64,000 nt of DNA from Prorocentrum cordatum (Eukaryota): assembly GCA_963575745.1 (NCBI GenBank), contig CAUYUJ010000199.1, forward strand, positions 1 to 64,000, written 5' to 3'. The translations under genes and the position numbers were made by a program. Positions 22,421 through 34,713 of the stretch are shown piece after piece. The notes below the pieces were generated by a model. The model worked only from the letters and a program-made list of their open reading frames with translations. It searched no databases and was not told the DNA's origin. Each line of letters begins with the position of its first letter. Position 1 is the stretch's first letter.

Positions 22421-22636
22421 AAATGGACATGGTGATCCAGGTTCAAAAAACGACCATGAGGGACCTCTGGGTACCCGTTCCGTCGCCGTTTTTTGACCGG
22501 TTCCGGTTCCGGTTCCAATCCTGGAGCCGTTTCTTTGCCGTTTCTGGTCGCCTTTTTTTGTCGTTTCCATTTTCAAAGGGCATTTTTTCAGAAATGGTGG
22601 AAAAACGGCTCTGCCGTTTTCCGGGGCCCACAGAGG
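22421..22636 (-). repeat. Right bipartite terminal inverted repeat
   Basis: Reverse complement matches 12698-12743 and 12781-12832. Confidence 0.85.
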
Positions 22637-22968
22637 TTCAGGCCATTCTTCCGAGGAAGCAAGTCCACCCGCCCGCGAGCCCGCCCGCCCGCCCTCCCTC
22701 CCTCCCGCCCGCCCTCCCTCCCCCTCCCTCCCCCCCCCCCCCCCTCCCTCCCTCCTCCCTCCCCCCTCCCTCCCTTCTCCCTCCTCCCTCCCCCCTCCCC
22801 CCCTCCCCTCCCCCCTCCCTCCCGCTCTCCACGCCGCATTGTAGCAGTGGCGCGCCGAGGCGGGAGAGTGGATGGGCGGGTTTTCCCAGGAGGCTCTGAA
22901 GGTCTCCGGACCTCTGAGATGGCTTGCGAGCCTCCTCCGAAGCTGCAGGCGGTTTCAGCCACGTGCAG

Positions 22969-23110
22969 AGGGGGTCGGGGGAGGGGGGAGGGCTTCTTAG
23001 AAGCACCCCTGCTTTTTCGAAGGCGCGGGCCTTATCTGTAGATGTAAGGCCAGCGCCTTCTAAGAAGCAGGGGTGCTTCTAAGAAGCCCTCCCCCCTCCC
23101 CCCACCCCCT
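22969..23110. mobile_element. Near-perfect palindromic (hairpin) MITE-like element
   Basis: Arms of about 66 bp (22969-23034 and 23045-23110) with about 4 mismatches and a 10-nt loop; a diverged copy lies at about 34378-34505. Confidence 0.75.
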
Positions 23111-23385
23111 TGTGCGCGCCGCCAACGGTTTCTCAGAAGGGCGGAGGGCCTTGAAGAAGCCCCGCCAACTTCCGAGGCGGCCTGCCCCCTCTCACTCCCC
23201 CCCCCGCCGCGCCGCCGATCGCACTTTTGCGTCGCGGCACGGCAGAGGCGGTCCGCACGTGCGCTCGGGCAGAGCCGGGAGACGGCGTATATGCCGGGAG
23301 GCAGGAGGGGAAGGCGCAGCCGATCACACGGATGCGGCAACTCTCTAAGGGTGCCTTCGCAACCTCGTCTCCCAGCCCATCCTTA

Positions 23386-23540
23386 ATGGGCCAATTTTCA
23401 CCACCACTACCATGGGTAGGAGGGGGGAGAAGGGAGGATGGGGAGGTCCTCCTCCTCCTCCTCCTCCTCCTCCTCCTCTTCTTCCTCCTCCTCCTCCTCC
23501 CTATCCTGCCTATGGTAGTGGTGGTGGTAAATCGGCCCAT
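23386..23540. mobile_element. Small MITE-like element with ATGGGC...CACCACCACTACCAT inverted ends
   Basis: ATGGGCCAATTTTCACCACCACTACCAT pairs with ATGGTAGTGGTGGTGGTAAATCGGCCCAT; related ends at about 26442, about 26560 and 26708-26737. Confidence 0.65.
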
Positions 23541-23557
23541 CAGTCCTGACCCTTCGG

Positions 23558-25961
23558 CATGAAGGGGTCGGCTCGGTTCGGTTCGGTCCGGTTCTGCAGC
23601 CGGGTCGGTTTTGCTTGGCCGGTTCGGTTTGGCATCGGTCCGGTTTCGGCCGGTTCGGCTTGGGCCTGCCGCCGGTTCGGTTCGGTTCCAGTATTCGCGC
23701 AGTTGGGTCCGACCGGTTCGGTTCGGTTCGAGTGGCCGCTCCGGTTCGGTTCGGCCCGACGGGTCAGGTGCGACGTTGGGCGCCCCGTCTGCGTAAGCGA
23801 CGACCCAGTTTGAAAAAAAGGGAGGGAGGAGGACGAGGAGGAGGAGGAGGCGGAGGCGGAGGAGGGAGGGGAGGACGACGAGGAGGAGGAGAAGGAGGAG
23901 GAGGAGAAGGAGAAACGTGGAGGCGTGGAGGCGCGAGGCCCTCCAGCGACGTGCCCCGACGGGGGTCGCAGCCCCGAGGGGGGTCGCAGCCCCGAGGGGG
24001 GTCGCAGCCCCGAGGGGGGTCGCGCCCGCGAGGGGGGTCGCGCCCGCCAGGGGGGTCGCACCCGCCAGGGGGGTGGCGCCCGCCAGGGGGGTTGCGCCCG
24101 CCAGGGGGGTTGCACCCGCCAAGGGGGTTGCACCCGCCAGGGGGGTTGCGCCCGCCAGGGGGGTTGCACCCGCCAGGGGGGTTGCGCCCGCCAGGGGGGT
24201 TGCGCCCGCCAGGGGGGTTGCACCCGCCAGGGGGGTTGCGCCCGCCAGGGGGTTTGCACCCGCCAGGGGGGTTGCGCCCGCCAGGGGGGTTGCGCCCGCC
24301 AGGGGGGTTGCACCCGCCAGGGGGGTTGCGCCCGCCAGGGGGGTTGCACCCGCCAGGGGGGTCGCAGCCCTCTCAGGCGCTCCCGGCACGCCCCCAGGCG
24401 CTCCCAGGCGCTCCCTGGCGCTCCCAAGCGCTCCCAGGTACTCCCAAGCGCTCCCAAGCGCTCCCAGGCGCTCCCAAGCGCTCCCAAGCGCTTCCAGGCG
24501 CTCCCAGGCGCTCCCCGGCGCTCCCCGGCGCTCCCGGGCGCTCCCTGGCGCGTCCCGGCGCTCCCGGGCGCTCCCAAGCGCTCCCCGGCGCTCCTAGGCG
24601 CTCCCCGGCGCTGCCAGGGAGGTCGCAGCCCGCCAGGGGGGTTGCGCCCGCCAGGGGGGTTGCACCCGCCAGGGGGGTTGCGCCCGCCAGGGGGGTCGCG
24701 CCCGCCAGGGGGGTCGCGCCCGCCAGGGGTGTCGCAGCCCGCCAGGGGGGTTGCACCCGCCAGGGGGGTTGCACCCGCCAGGAGGGTTGCACCCGCCAGG
24801 GGGGTTGCGCCCGCCAGGGGGGTTGCGCCCGCCAAGGGGGTTGCGCCCGCCAGGGGGGTTGCACCCGCCAGGAGGGTTGCGCCCGCCAGGGGGGTTGCAC
24901 CCGCCAGGGGGGTTGCGCCCGCCAGGGGGGTTGCACCCGCCAGGGGGGTTGCGCCCGCCAGGGGGGTTGCACCCGCCAGGGGGGTTGCGCCCGCCAGGGG
25001 GGTTGCACCCGCCAGGGGGTTGCACCCGCCAGGGGGGTTGCACCCGCCAGGGGGGTTGCACCCGCCAGGGGGGTGCGCCCGCCAGGGGGGTTGCGCCCGC
25101 CAGGGGGGTTGCACCCGCCAGGGGGGTTGCGCCCGCCAGGGGGGTTGCGCCCGCCAGGGGGGTTGCACCCGCCAGGGGGGTTGCACCCGCCAGGGGGGTT
25201 GCGCCCGCCAGGGGGGTTGCACCCGCCAGGGGGGTTGCACCCGCCAGGGGGGTTGCACCCGCCAGGGGGGTTGCACCCGCCAGGGGGGTTGCACCCGCCA
25301 GGGGGGTTGCACCCGCCAGGGGGGTTGCACCCGCCAGGGGGGCCAATTGCGCCCGCCAGGGGGGTTGCACCCGCCAGGGGGGTTGCACCCGCCAGGGGGG
25401 TTGCGCCCGGGGGGGTTGCGCCCCAGGGGGGTTGCGCCAGGGGGGTTGCGCCCACCCGCCAGGGGGGGTTGCGCCCGCCAGGGGGGTTGCACCCGCCGGG
25501 GGGGCTGCACCCGCCAGGGGGGTTGCGCCCGCCAGGGGGGTTGCACCCGCCAGGTGGGTTGCGCCCGCCAGGGGGGTTGCGCCCGCCAGGGGGGTTGCAC
25601 CCGCGAGGGGGGTCGCGCCCGCCAGGGGGGTCGCACCCGCCAGGGGGGGCGCACCCGCGAGGGGGGTCGCACCCGCCAGGGGGGTCACAGCCCGCGAGGG
25701 GGGTCGCGCCCGCCAGGGTGGTCGCATCCCGCCAGGGGGGTCGCAGCCCGCCAGAGGGGTTCGGTTCGGTTCCCGTCGGTTCGGTTCAGGGGCCGCCCGG
25801 TTCCGGTTCGGTTCCGGTTCTGGTTCGGTTCGGTCCTCGCCGGTTCGGTTCTGAATGAATTCGGTTCGGTCCGGTTCGGTTTTCTACGTTCCTGGTTTTG
25901 GACCGGTTCGGTCCGGTTCGGTCACGGTTCTCGGTTCTCGGTTCGGTGCGGTCCCTTCATG
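23558..25961. mobile_element. Non-autonomous TIR element (CATGAAGGG...CCCTTCATG) with a perfect CTTCGG target duplication, filled with minisatellites
   Basis: CTTCGG at 23552-23557 and 25962-25967; (GGTTC)n arrays inside both ends. Confidence 0.8.
23960..25755 (+). repeat. 18-bp minisatellite (TTGCRCCCGCCAGGGGGG)n interrupted by a 10-bp (GCGCTCCCAG)n block at about 24375-24612
   Basis: Read directly from the sequence. Confidence 0.95.
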
Positions 25962-28900
25962 CTTCGGGGGTGGACAGAACCCCCACCCTGACACGTCGAT
26001 TAGTGAATTTTCCGCTTTCGCTTCTCGAAGGGGCGCCGCGGCCGCCACTGTCCGGGCCTGCGCCCATCAGTTTCGGGCCCGAGTTCGTCTTCACTAAACC
26101 ACGTTTTGCTAACGGGGGTTCTGTCCATCCCCGATGCGGCAATTCTCCAAGGGTGCCTTCGCGCCCTTGGAGACCGGCCTGACGGAGGGGAGGAGGAGGA
26201 AGAGGAAGAGGAGGAGGAGGAGGAGGAGGAGGAGGAGGAGGAGGCACCCTCGCCTCCATGGGAGACCAGCCGATGCACCCACGTCTCCCAGCCCATCCTG
26301 ACCACTTGGCCCGGGGCCAGGCTGCCCAGCTCGGCTGCGGCTCGGGCGTTCCAGGGCCCTGCACATCCCGACCGCGCATCCTCGTGCTGCGCTGCACGCT
26401 GCCTCAGAGCGAGCGCCCCCTGGGAGGGAGGGGAGGAGGAGGATGGGCAAGTGTTCCACCACCACTACCATGTGCAGGTCGGGGGAGGGAAACGGGAGGA
26501 TGAGGAGGTCCTCCGCGAGCGCCCCCTGGAAGGGAGGGAGGGAGGGAGGGAGGAGGAGGATGGGCAAGTGTTCCACCACCACTACCATACGTAGGTCGGG
26601 GGAGAAGGGAGGATGAGGAGGTCCTCCTCCTCCTCCTCCTGCTCCTCCTCCTGCTCCTCCTCCTCCTCCTCCTCCTCCTCCTCTTCCTCTCCCTGTCTTT
26701 TCTACATCCGGTAGTGGTGGTGGAAAACGGGCCCATCAGAGGAGGGCCGTTACTTGCCTGAACTGTGTCCCTGTTCACAGTATTGGCATCACGTTGTCCC
26801 GATGCCGAGATTAAGGGTACGCCCAATTTCTGAAGGCACATCACTGAGATCGCCATCGCCATGGGCTTGTCAACCTTAGCAGGCATGGGGAAGGGGCCGA
26901 GGCTGGTCGGGAAGCGCAGCCGCTCCTGCCGGGCAGGAGGAGGGGACCTTGGAGGCCGAGCAGAAGAGCTCTGCGGCGCCAGGGCCTGCGTACCAGTATT
27001 CGACAGGCTAGTGCCTTGGATGCCGCCCGCGCTGCCTGTGGAGCCCACAGGGCAGAAGTCCCAAGAGCGGGACCTCCTCCTCCTCCTCCTCCTCCTCCTC
27101 CTCCTCCTCCTCCTCCTCCTCCTCCTCCTCCTCCTCCTCCTCCTCCTCTCCTCCTCCTCCTCCTCCTCCTCCTCCTCCTCCTCCCCCTCCTCCTCCTCCT
27201 CCTCCTCCTCCTCCTCCTCCTCCTCCTCCTCCTCAGCGTTGGCGGGCCACGGGCGGCCAAGGCCGCTGGCACGGGTGAGGCAGGAGCCGGGCGGAGGCTG
27301 GCAGAAGCCGCGGCTGCGACAGCGGAGCTCCGGGAAATGCTTCGGTGTCGTTCCACCAATCCCCATCCCCATCCCTATCCCTTTTCGAGACCCCCACCAA
27401 GTGACCCCCCCAGTTGGGGATACGCCCATCGAAACACGAATGGAACGAACGGCCTATATTTCAGAGGAGCATGAAATATTGATATTGATAGCTTTCAACA
27501 TTTCCAGGTTTTCCTGTTCTTCCGCGCGGGCTCCAGGGACGAATGGTCGAGCGCATTCCGTCGCGCAGGTTCTTTGCGTGATGTGCGCGGTGCATTTTCT
27601 GCGCATCGGAGCGCCCTCGCAGATTCCAAGCTGCATGCTGTGTTGCTCTTGGGGAGTCCTTGAGTCGCAGTTACCGTGGCGCTGTTTTTGAGGCGACCCC
27701 ATTCGAGTGCTGTTCGCGGGCGCAACGCGCGGCGCGCGCTGCGCCCAATCGCGCGCTGCGCGGTGCGTGAATCAGCCGGCCGCGCCCGTCGGACCGCCCG
27801 GAAATTATTTCTGGATTGTAGAATGTTTCAGAAAACGCTTCCGTTGTTTTGGCGCAAGCGGTTCTGGAATTTTTCAAAAAAGGAGCCCGGGAATTTTCAA
27901 AAAAACATAGTTTTGAGGGGTGGAATGCGCCCGCCTCGCATGACGTCGGAGGAATTCTGAAATCCGGAATTTTTCAAAATTGATTCTGGAATTTGTCAAA
28001 ATCGATCCCGGACTTGTTCAAAATCGATTCTGGGATTTTTCAAACAATAGGCCGGACATGTTCAAAAACCTTCCCCGGATTTTCCAAATTTTCCCCCGGA
28101 GAATTTGCCAGAGCCGCGCGTGATTTTACTTACCAGGTCTTTGGAATTCCGCATAGGCGCGCGGTGCGCGGCGGCGGGCGATGGGACGGTGCGCCACCGT
28201 CCCCCCGCGCTCGGCAACGAGAAGGGGGATCAGCAACTGCCAAATAGCCGTTTACGGGCGACCACTCGATTGCGAATGGGTGACCAACTGGCGACGCCAG
28301 TCAGAGTAGACAAGACTTCGACGCACAGTGTACCCCGTACGAGGCAGTTAGAAATCCCGGAATCCCCGGAACGTATCAATAGCACGCTGTGTCAATAGAT
28401 TTTGCTCGTCCTAATATCCACATCTAGGGGGTAAGCCGGCCATTGGGGCCCAGGCCACGCCGCTGGGAATGGGGATCGGTTGAACGATACTCAATGTTTT
28501 TACCCTTCTGGGAAGCAGGTCGTTTACTTCGTAGTGCGTTGAGCTTGATTCCGGGCATTTTTTTCCCCCCCGGGAGGGCCGTTTTAGCAGCCACGGATTC
28601 GCCAACCTTCGCCGTAGTCCCTGTGGATTTCGCGGGGCATCATGGCGAGCGCCACGGCGAATCGGTCCTCGCCGAGCCCAGGGCCTTCCTGGGCGCCCCA
28701 AGGACGTCATGTGACGATCACTGGGCTTCTGGGAGCTCCCAGGGCCGGAGGGCGCACGACACTGTGAATTGGCCAGTAGGTTCTTCTCGTGTCGACGCGG
28801 CAGCGACCCTGCCGTGGGCGTTCGAGGTGGATCGTCGCCAAGTGCCCATGTAATCGTCAAGTTCCTCACGCTTCGCGTATCCCCACCGGCGCCAGCCCCC

Positions 28901-31900
28901 TCCACTCGCCGGTCCGCCGCTGAGATGCTGCGCGAGGCTCCGCCTAGCCGCTTTAGGTGAGGCTGCGCCCCGCTGCTTTAGGTGAATTTGTCGCTGCGTG
29001 CCCCGCTTTGACTGGACTCGCCGCTGGCGCGCTCGCTTGCGGCCGCTGGCTAAAAGGTATCCTCACCAGCCCGTTCAGAAACCCTGGCCATGAGAGCTCA
29101 CAGGACAAAAAGAAACAGGCTAAACAGACACGCGTACATGTAGTAAAGCAGAGCGGGCCACCAGGATGAACAGAGAGATCTCTGGGAGCAAGGCGGTGGC
29201 CTTCGGGCGGGGCCCGCGGGGGGAACGAGGGGAGGAGGAGGAAGATGAAGCCTCTCGGTGCCGTCGTGGGGCGCTCGTGGGGCGCTCTTGGGTCCTCTTT
29301 GGGCCGTCTCGGGGTAGTCTTGGGGCACTCGCGGGGCCCTCTTGAGGATGTTTTAGGGCTTCTCTGGGAGCCATGGGGGGCCTCCTGGGGCCATCACCCC
29401 TCTGCGACCCGCAGAACCTCCTCTTGGGGCCCTCTTGGGCGGTCTTGGTGCCGTCCCCGGGGATCTCTTGGGGTTCTCTTGGGCCTCAAGAGTTTCTCTG
29501 GGGGCCCTTAGGCTCTCTGGGGGCTCTTGGGGCTCTTGGGCTCTCTTGGGGCAACCTTGAGGCCCCAAGAACGCATCGAGAGCGATTCGGGCAAGACGAC
29601 GCAACTATGTTTGAAGACAGTTGGCCTCTTTGGGGTGTCCTGACGGGGCTCTGAGAGCACTTGGAACCGTCTTGTGACCCTCGTCGGGCCTCTTGGAGGG
29701 TTGTCGGAAGCTGTCTTGAATCGTTTTCGTTCATCTTGAGCCGCTTTGGAGGCCAGCTTGGAGCATAGGAGGGCCTCTTGTCAAGTGCGTGACAAAACGC
29801 ATCTACCTTGGTTTATGAGGCGCTGTGCGCTGAACCCTTTTGTGGGCTGTCATGGTAAACCCTGCGTACCGCGTGTGTCGCGCGGCGTCCTGGCGGCTAT
29901 CTGACTTTTGTGGGCTCCCAGGAGGCTTACAGACCACTCACTTGTAACCCAGGGTAGGGGCGTCTTTTCATCCCTCCATCTTGGCGCCATAAGCGAAAAC
30001 GGACCATCTGGCACATCGCGGCCCATCAACAACGCCTCATGGAGGGGAGGGGCCAGGAGGGGAGGGTACCCTTCCCCAAACGGTAGAGGGCTTTGGAAGA
30101 GGGAAGAAAGACATCGTTAGACCACCTTCGCCCAAAGGGCTGTTGGGATGTGTAACGACCTGGCGATCGACTAGCCGCCGATTGTTGGAGGTTGAACCAT
30201 CCGCGCGGTGTCAGAAACCAACGTCGAGGATATGACACGAGCTTCCTGTAGGTGACCCCCTTCCTTTCCGAGCTGCCCGCTTGAGGTCGCGCGTAAGCGC
30301 CCTCGTTTCCAATGCATCTTGCCGCACGGGAGGCCCGCGCGAGCCGCGGCACAAGGGCGCCATGTCTTCTCGCGTAAGACCCGCTCCTTTTTCGTCGCGC
30401 GCCCATTGTCAAAAGTGTCGCTGCCCTAGTATTTTTCGTCGCGCACCTTTTTCGTTGCTTCTCGGTTCATCCTCTCAGGTCCTCCCGCCTACTGTCAACG
30501 CTGTGGCACTGCAAACGAGGACACTTTCAGGTCCAGCGGATGATAGTCAGCGGAGGAAAAGGTACCCCTACCTCTAGTCCGTCCTCGTTTTCCCCTTTTT
30601 GGGCCTCCTGGGACGCCCTCGTTGCCCCCGCTGGATTCGCCTCGAAGTCCTGGTCAGAACGCACTCGGGGAGAGGCCTGGGGAGCAGCGGCATCGGTACC
30701 TTTTGGTTTCCCCAGATGGTGGAGGAGGGGCGGGGGAGTGCAAGCTGGCAGCAAAGAGCAGGAGGGAGGGACGAGGGAGCGAGGAGGAGGCAGACGGAGA
30801 AACGAGGAGGACGAGGAGGAGGACGAGCAGGAGGAGTGCGGAAGGACGAGGAGGACGAGGAGTACGAGGAGGACGAGGAGGACGAGGAGGAGGACGAGGA
30901 GGACGAGGAGGACGAGGAGGAGGAGGACGAGGAGGAACGCGGAAGGCGCGGGAGACCCCTGCCGCTGCCTCCCGGAGACCCCCCCGAGGCGGCTCTGGCC
31001 CGGCGGGCCTCCCGCGGGCACCCATCGGCAGCCCTCCCGAGGCCCAGGGGGCGCGGTCGGCGGCTCTCGGGAGCCGTCGGCGGCCCTGGGAGGCCACGGG
31101 CGGGATGCCTTACCAGCCTGGAGCATGTCCCTGTCCCTGTGCTGGGCACCTCCTCATCACGGTGCCAATCTTAGGGATTCCCTTATGCTTTGAGGGCGAA
31201 TCCGTAAGATTGTCATCGCCTTTTGGCGTGTCAATCTTAGGGATAGGGACACGTGCGAGGCTGGTGAATGCCAGAGGCATCGGGGGCGGCTGAGATCATG
31301 ATGCTCCAACCTACTTCGGCCTGAGGCACCAGAAAGAGTTTCGAGCACCAGGAGAGTACCCCAAAACTCAAGGGTTTTCACGTGTCGGGCCCTGGGGGAC
31401 ACTCGTCCGACACTGTTTCGACACTATTTCGACACTCTTTTGACACTCTTCCGGGTGCTCGAAATCATTTCTGGGATGTCGTCCTTAAGTACGATGGGGG
31501 CAACATGAGGCTAAGTGGGGATTCACCGCCCACCAAACCACCCCAACCCAACCCGACGCCGAAGGCCCTGCTTTGCCCCCCATCCCTGGTGGGGGGGGGT
31601 CGGGGAGCATGGGAAAAGCGCACCTGAAGCTCGTACCCTCCCAGACCGAACTTCAGGTCTGATTCGGGTCTTCGGGTTGGGCTGGGGTGGTCTGGTAGGC
31701 AGTCAGGGGTGAGACCCACGGGCGTTTGGATACAACATGGCTCGGCCGTGACTCAGGAGGGTAAAAAACAAACAGACACAATTAATCGTCGATTCCCCAG
31801 AAAATACTGGGAACTATGGGTAGTGGGCGGGAAGACAAAAAACCCGAAAATATGGGGACAATCTTTTGTTTGTGTGTGTATTTATTTGTGTGTCCCAGGG

Positions 31901-34659
31901 CCCCTTCAAGGTAGTCAGGGGTGAGGCCCACGGGCCTTTGGATGCCACGTGGCCCGGCCGTGGCGCCTCCCGGGCTTCGTGGCTTCCCCTTTATAGTGCA
32001 TCCCGTGGCCCCCGCTCGTCTGCCTGGAGGCCTCGCGGGCCTTGCCGCGCCCCCCCCACAAAGCTCAGGAGGGGCAAAAACACACACAGACACAAGGAAT
32101 CGTCGATTCCCCCGAAAATGAGAAAATATGGGAAGTGGGGGAAGGCAAAAAACAAGAAAATACAGGAACATACGGAGAATCCTGTTATTTGTGTGTGTAA
32201 CTATTTATTTAATCGCTTCGCTCATCCCGCCGGCCCTGGAGCGCTATTTGGGGCCTCTTGGGGCCGTCTTGGGGGCTTCTTGGGGGCTTCTTGGGAGCGT
32301 CCTGGGGCTCCTTGGCGGCGTATTGGGCTCCCCTGGGGTCTCTTGGGGGGCTCTTAGGGGCCCCTTGGGGCGGGAGGGGGGGTAGTCGTTGGCAGCCCCC
32401 CCCTTGGAGGCCACGATCCTCGTGAAGGGTGGCGAAAAATAGCCCCCCCTGGGGATCGCCCGGGGGTCAGCGGGGGATCGGCCAGGGTACTGTTCGTCCA
32501 GGGCCCCCCAGGGGCCGCCCCGCGCGCGCGAACTAGAAATATTGTTAAGTAGTTACCGGAGATCTTAGCACGCCTCTGGCCCGTTGGGCCGGCGAATTTA
32601 TGTGTTTGTGGGCCCCTTTAAAAGCTTCTTCCTGGCCGCCCTTCTTCTCTTCGGGCACCTCGAAGCTTCCGGCGTCTTGGTGTCTTTGTCGTAAGGGCCA
32701 GCGGCAGTCCGAGCCTCTCCCTGGGGCTTTTCCCATCCCGAGTCTACAATGGAGGCCCATGCCAAGGAGCACCCTGCTTGCCTCCAGAGTGCCCGGGGTT
32801 TCTTTGGATTCGGCGGTTTTGCCTCGGAGAGCGTGACGCTCCCACACCAGAAATCAATGGACGTCCTGGGGTCTCAGGGTTGGGTTTCTAGTGGAAGGTT
32901 TCTTGTGGACTGGCCTCCACTGTATCTTTGACGGCCCAAGACCCAGCTGCATTGGTTTCCATGCTTCTTCAAGGCGTTGGACGTCTGAGGAGGGGACCCA
33001 GACCCATGACGTCGTGAGTTTGCTCATGACGTGCACTTCAAGTGGTCTCGACCACTTCCCTGGGATTGGTTTTCGGCTTTTCATCCCGAGTCGTCGTCTA
33101 GTGGTCCCGCGGCAGAGTGAGGGCCCATGGAGGCAGAACTTGCTGAAGGTCTCCCGTCGTGATTTTGTCGCGACCCGAGAGGGCCTGGGGAGGAGGAAGG
33201 GGGAAGTGGAGGGCTCCTGGAGGCAGAAGATGCAGAACGCCGCCCGTCGCCAGTTTGGTGCGACCCGAGAGGAAGGGGCAACGATAGGGGAGGATAGGCA
33301 TAGGGGGGACGCATCGACCCCCAATTGCCCATTGATCGCCATACGGGCCCGATAGCCTGAACCTGCCCAGAAAGGTGCCGATTCGCTACCGGGGCCGATC
33401 GCCGATCGATCTGCTATGTATCGCCGATTCCAGGTCGATGTGTCCCTCTGAGCCGTTTTTCAGTTCATAACTCTCAGGCGATCGCAAACATGGATTCAGG
33501 AGGCGTGGATTAGCGACGGGTCCCGTTTCAATGGTAAATCGCAGATTTCCGCCGCCGAACGAGGCGGCGCTGGCCGCATTTTGGGGAGGGCACCTCCCCC
33601 GATCCATGGATTTGGTGACCGCGCGCCAAATTCATGGATCGCTAATCCATGTTTGCGCGCGCCCGAAACTTGGGCCTCAGGTGGCCGGTTCGGGACGATC
33701 CCAGAACCTCCAGAACGCTCTCTCGGCGGGGCGCAGCCGCGGGAATGCATCCCGAGGCCCGAACGCCGCCGAGAACCAGGCGTCCGACACGTGGAGCTTC
33801 GAGCTTTCGAACGTCACCCCCCTCCCCTTGTCGTGGCGCCTTAGGAAGAGGGAAGAGGGAAGAGGGAGGAGGAGGAGGAGGAGGAGGAGGAGGAGGAGGA
33901 GGAGGAGGAGGGGGAGGAGGGGAAGGAGGAGAGGAGGAGGAGGAGGAGGAGGAGGGGGAAGGAGGAGGAGGAGGAGGAGGAGGAGGAGGAGGAGGAGGAG
34001 GGCCCCGAAGCGGGCGGGGCCCAGCGGGCAACCTTCGCACGCGCACGACGCGGCAACAGCGCTTGGCTCGATCTGCCCCAAGGAGCGGCCCGGGCCCCCG
34101 CGCAGAGGGGGCGGGGTCGAGGATCGAGGGTCGAGGGCTCGAGGCGGGGACTTATACATGACCACCGCCTGGAGGATCGATGGTGGCGGGCCTCCAGAGG
34201 CGGTGCATGTATGTGTGTACATGTGGATATGCATAGACGTATGTACGTATATGTTTATAGTTTGGTATACCTATACATGTATCTATATACATATACATAT
34301 GCAGATTGGCCCCCGGGGCCCAGATATGTCCGTGTCCACCGCCCCCTGGGTCCCCAGGACGGCGGCTCCCAGTCGGTGAAGGCTTCTTCGAAGCGCCCCT
34401 GCTTCTCAGAAGGCGCGGGCCTTGTCTGCCGATGCAGATGTAAGGCTGGCGCCTTAAAGGAAGCAGCCTCCCTGTAAGAGGCCTTCCCCCCTCCCCCCTA
34501 CCCCTTCGAGGAGGAGGAGGAGGAGGGGGAGGAGGAGGAGGAGGAGGTCGCCGCGAGGATCGCGGGGGCAGGACCGAGGGCCCTCATCGCTGCCGTAGTC
34601 TGTGTTGTTCGGCTCGGGCGTCTTCCCTCGATCTCCGGCTCGGGGGCCCGATGCATCCA

Positions 34660-34672
34660 CTCTATATACGTA

Positions 34673-34713
<41 letters not shown>

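Larger units (their letters stand above)
12698..22636 (-). mobile_element. ~9.94-kb TIR DNA transposon (CMC/EnSpm/Plavaka-like) carrying a C5-methyltransferase-like gene and two further accessory genes
   Basis: Left end CCTCAGTGGGCCCTGGAAACGACAGGGCC; reverse complement of the right end CCTCTGTGGGCCCCGGAAAACGGCAGAGCC. A second, inner inverted repeat pairs 12781-12832 with 22421-22473. Flanks TTTAGG/TTCAGG (6 bp) or GTTTAGGC/GTTCAGGC (8 bp, ends moved in by 1) differ by one mismatch. A DDE transposase lies inside. Confidence 0.85.

Noticed and set aside
23133..25991. Very long ORFs (up to 747 aa) in several frames
   Set aside because: They are translations of a stop-free 18-bp minisatellite, open on both strands.
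32550..33090. Unique-looking segment with short ORFs
   Set aside because: No recognisable protein motif in the frames examined.
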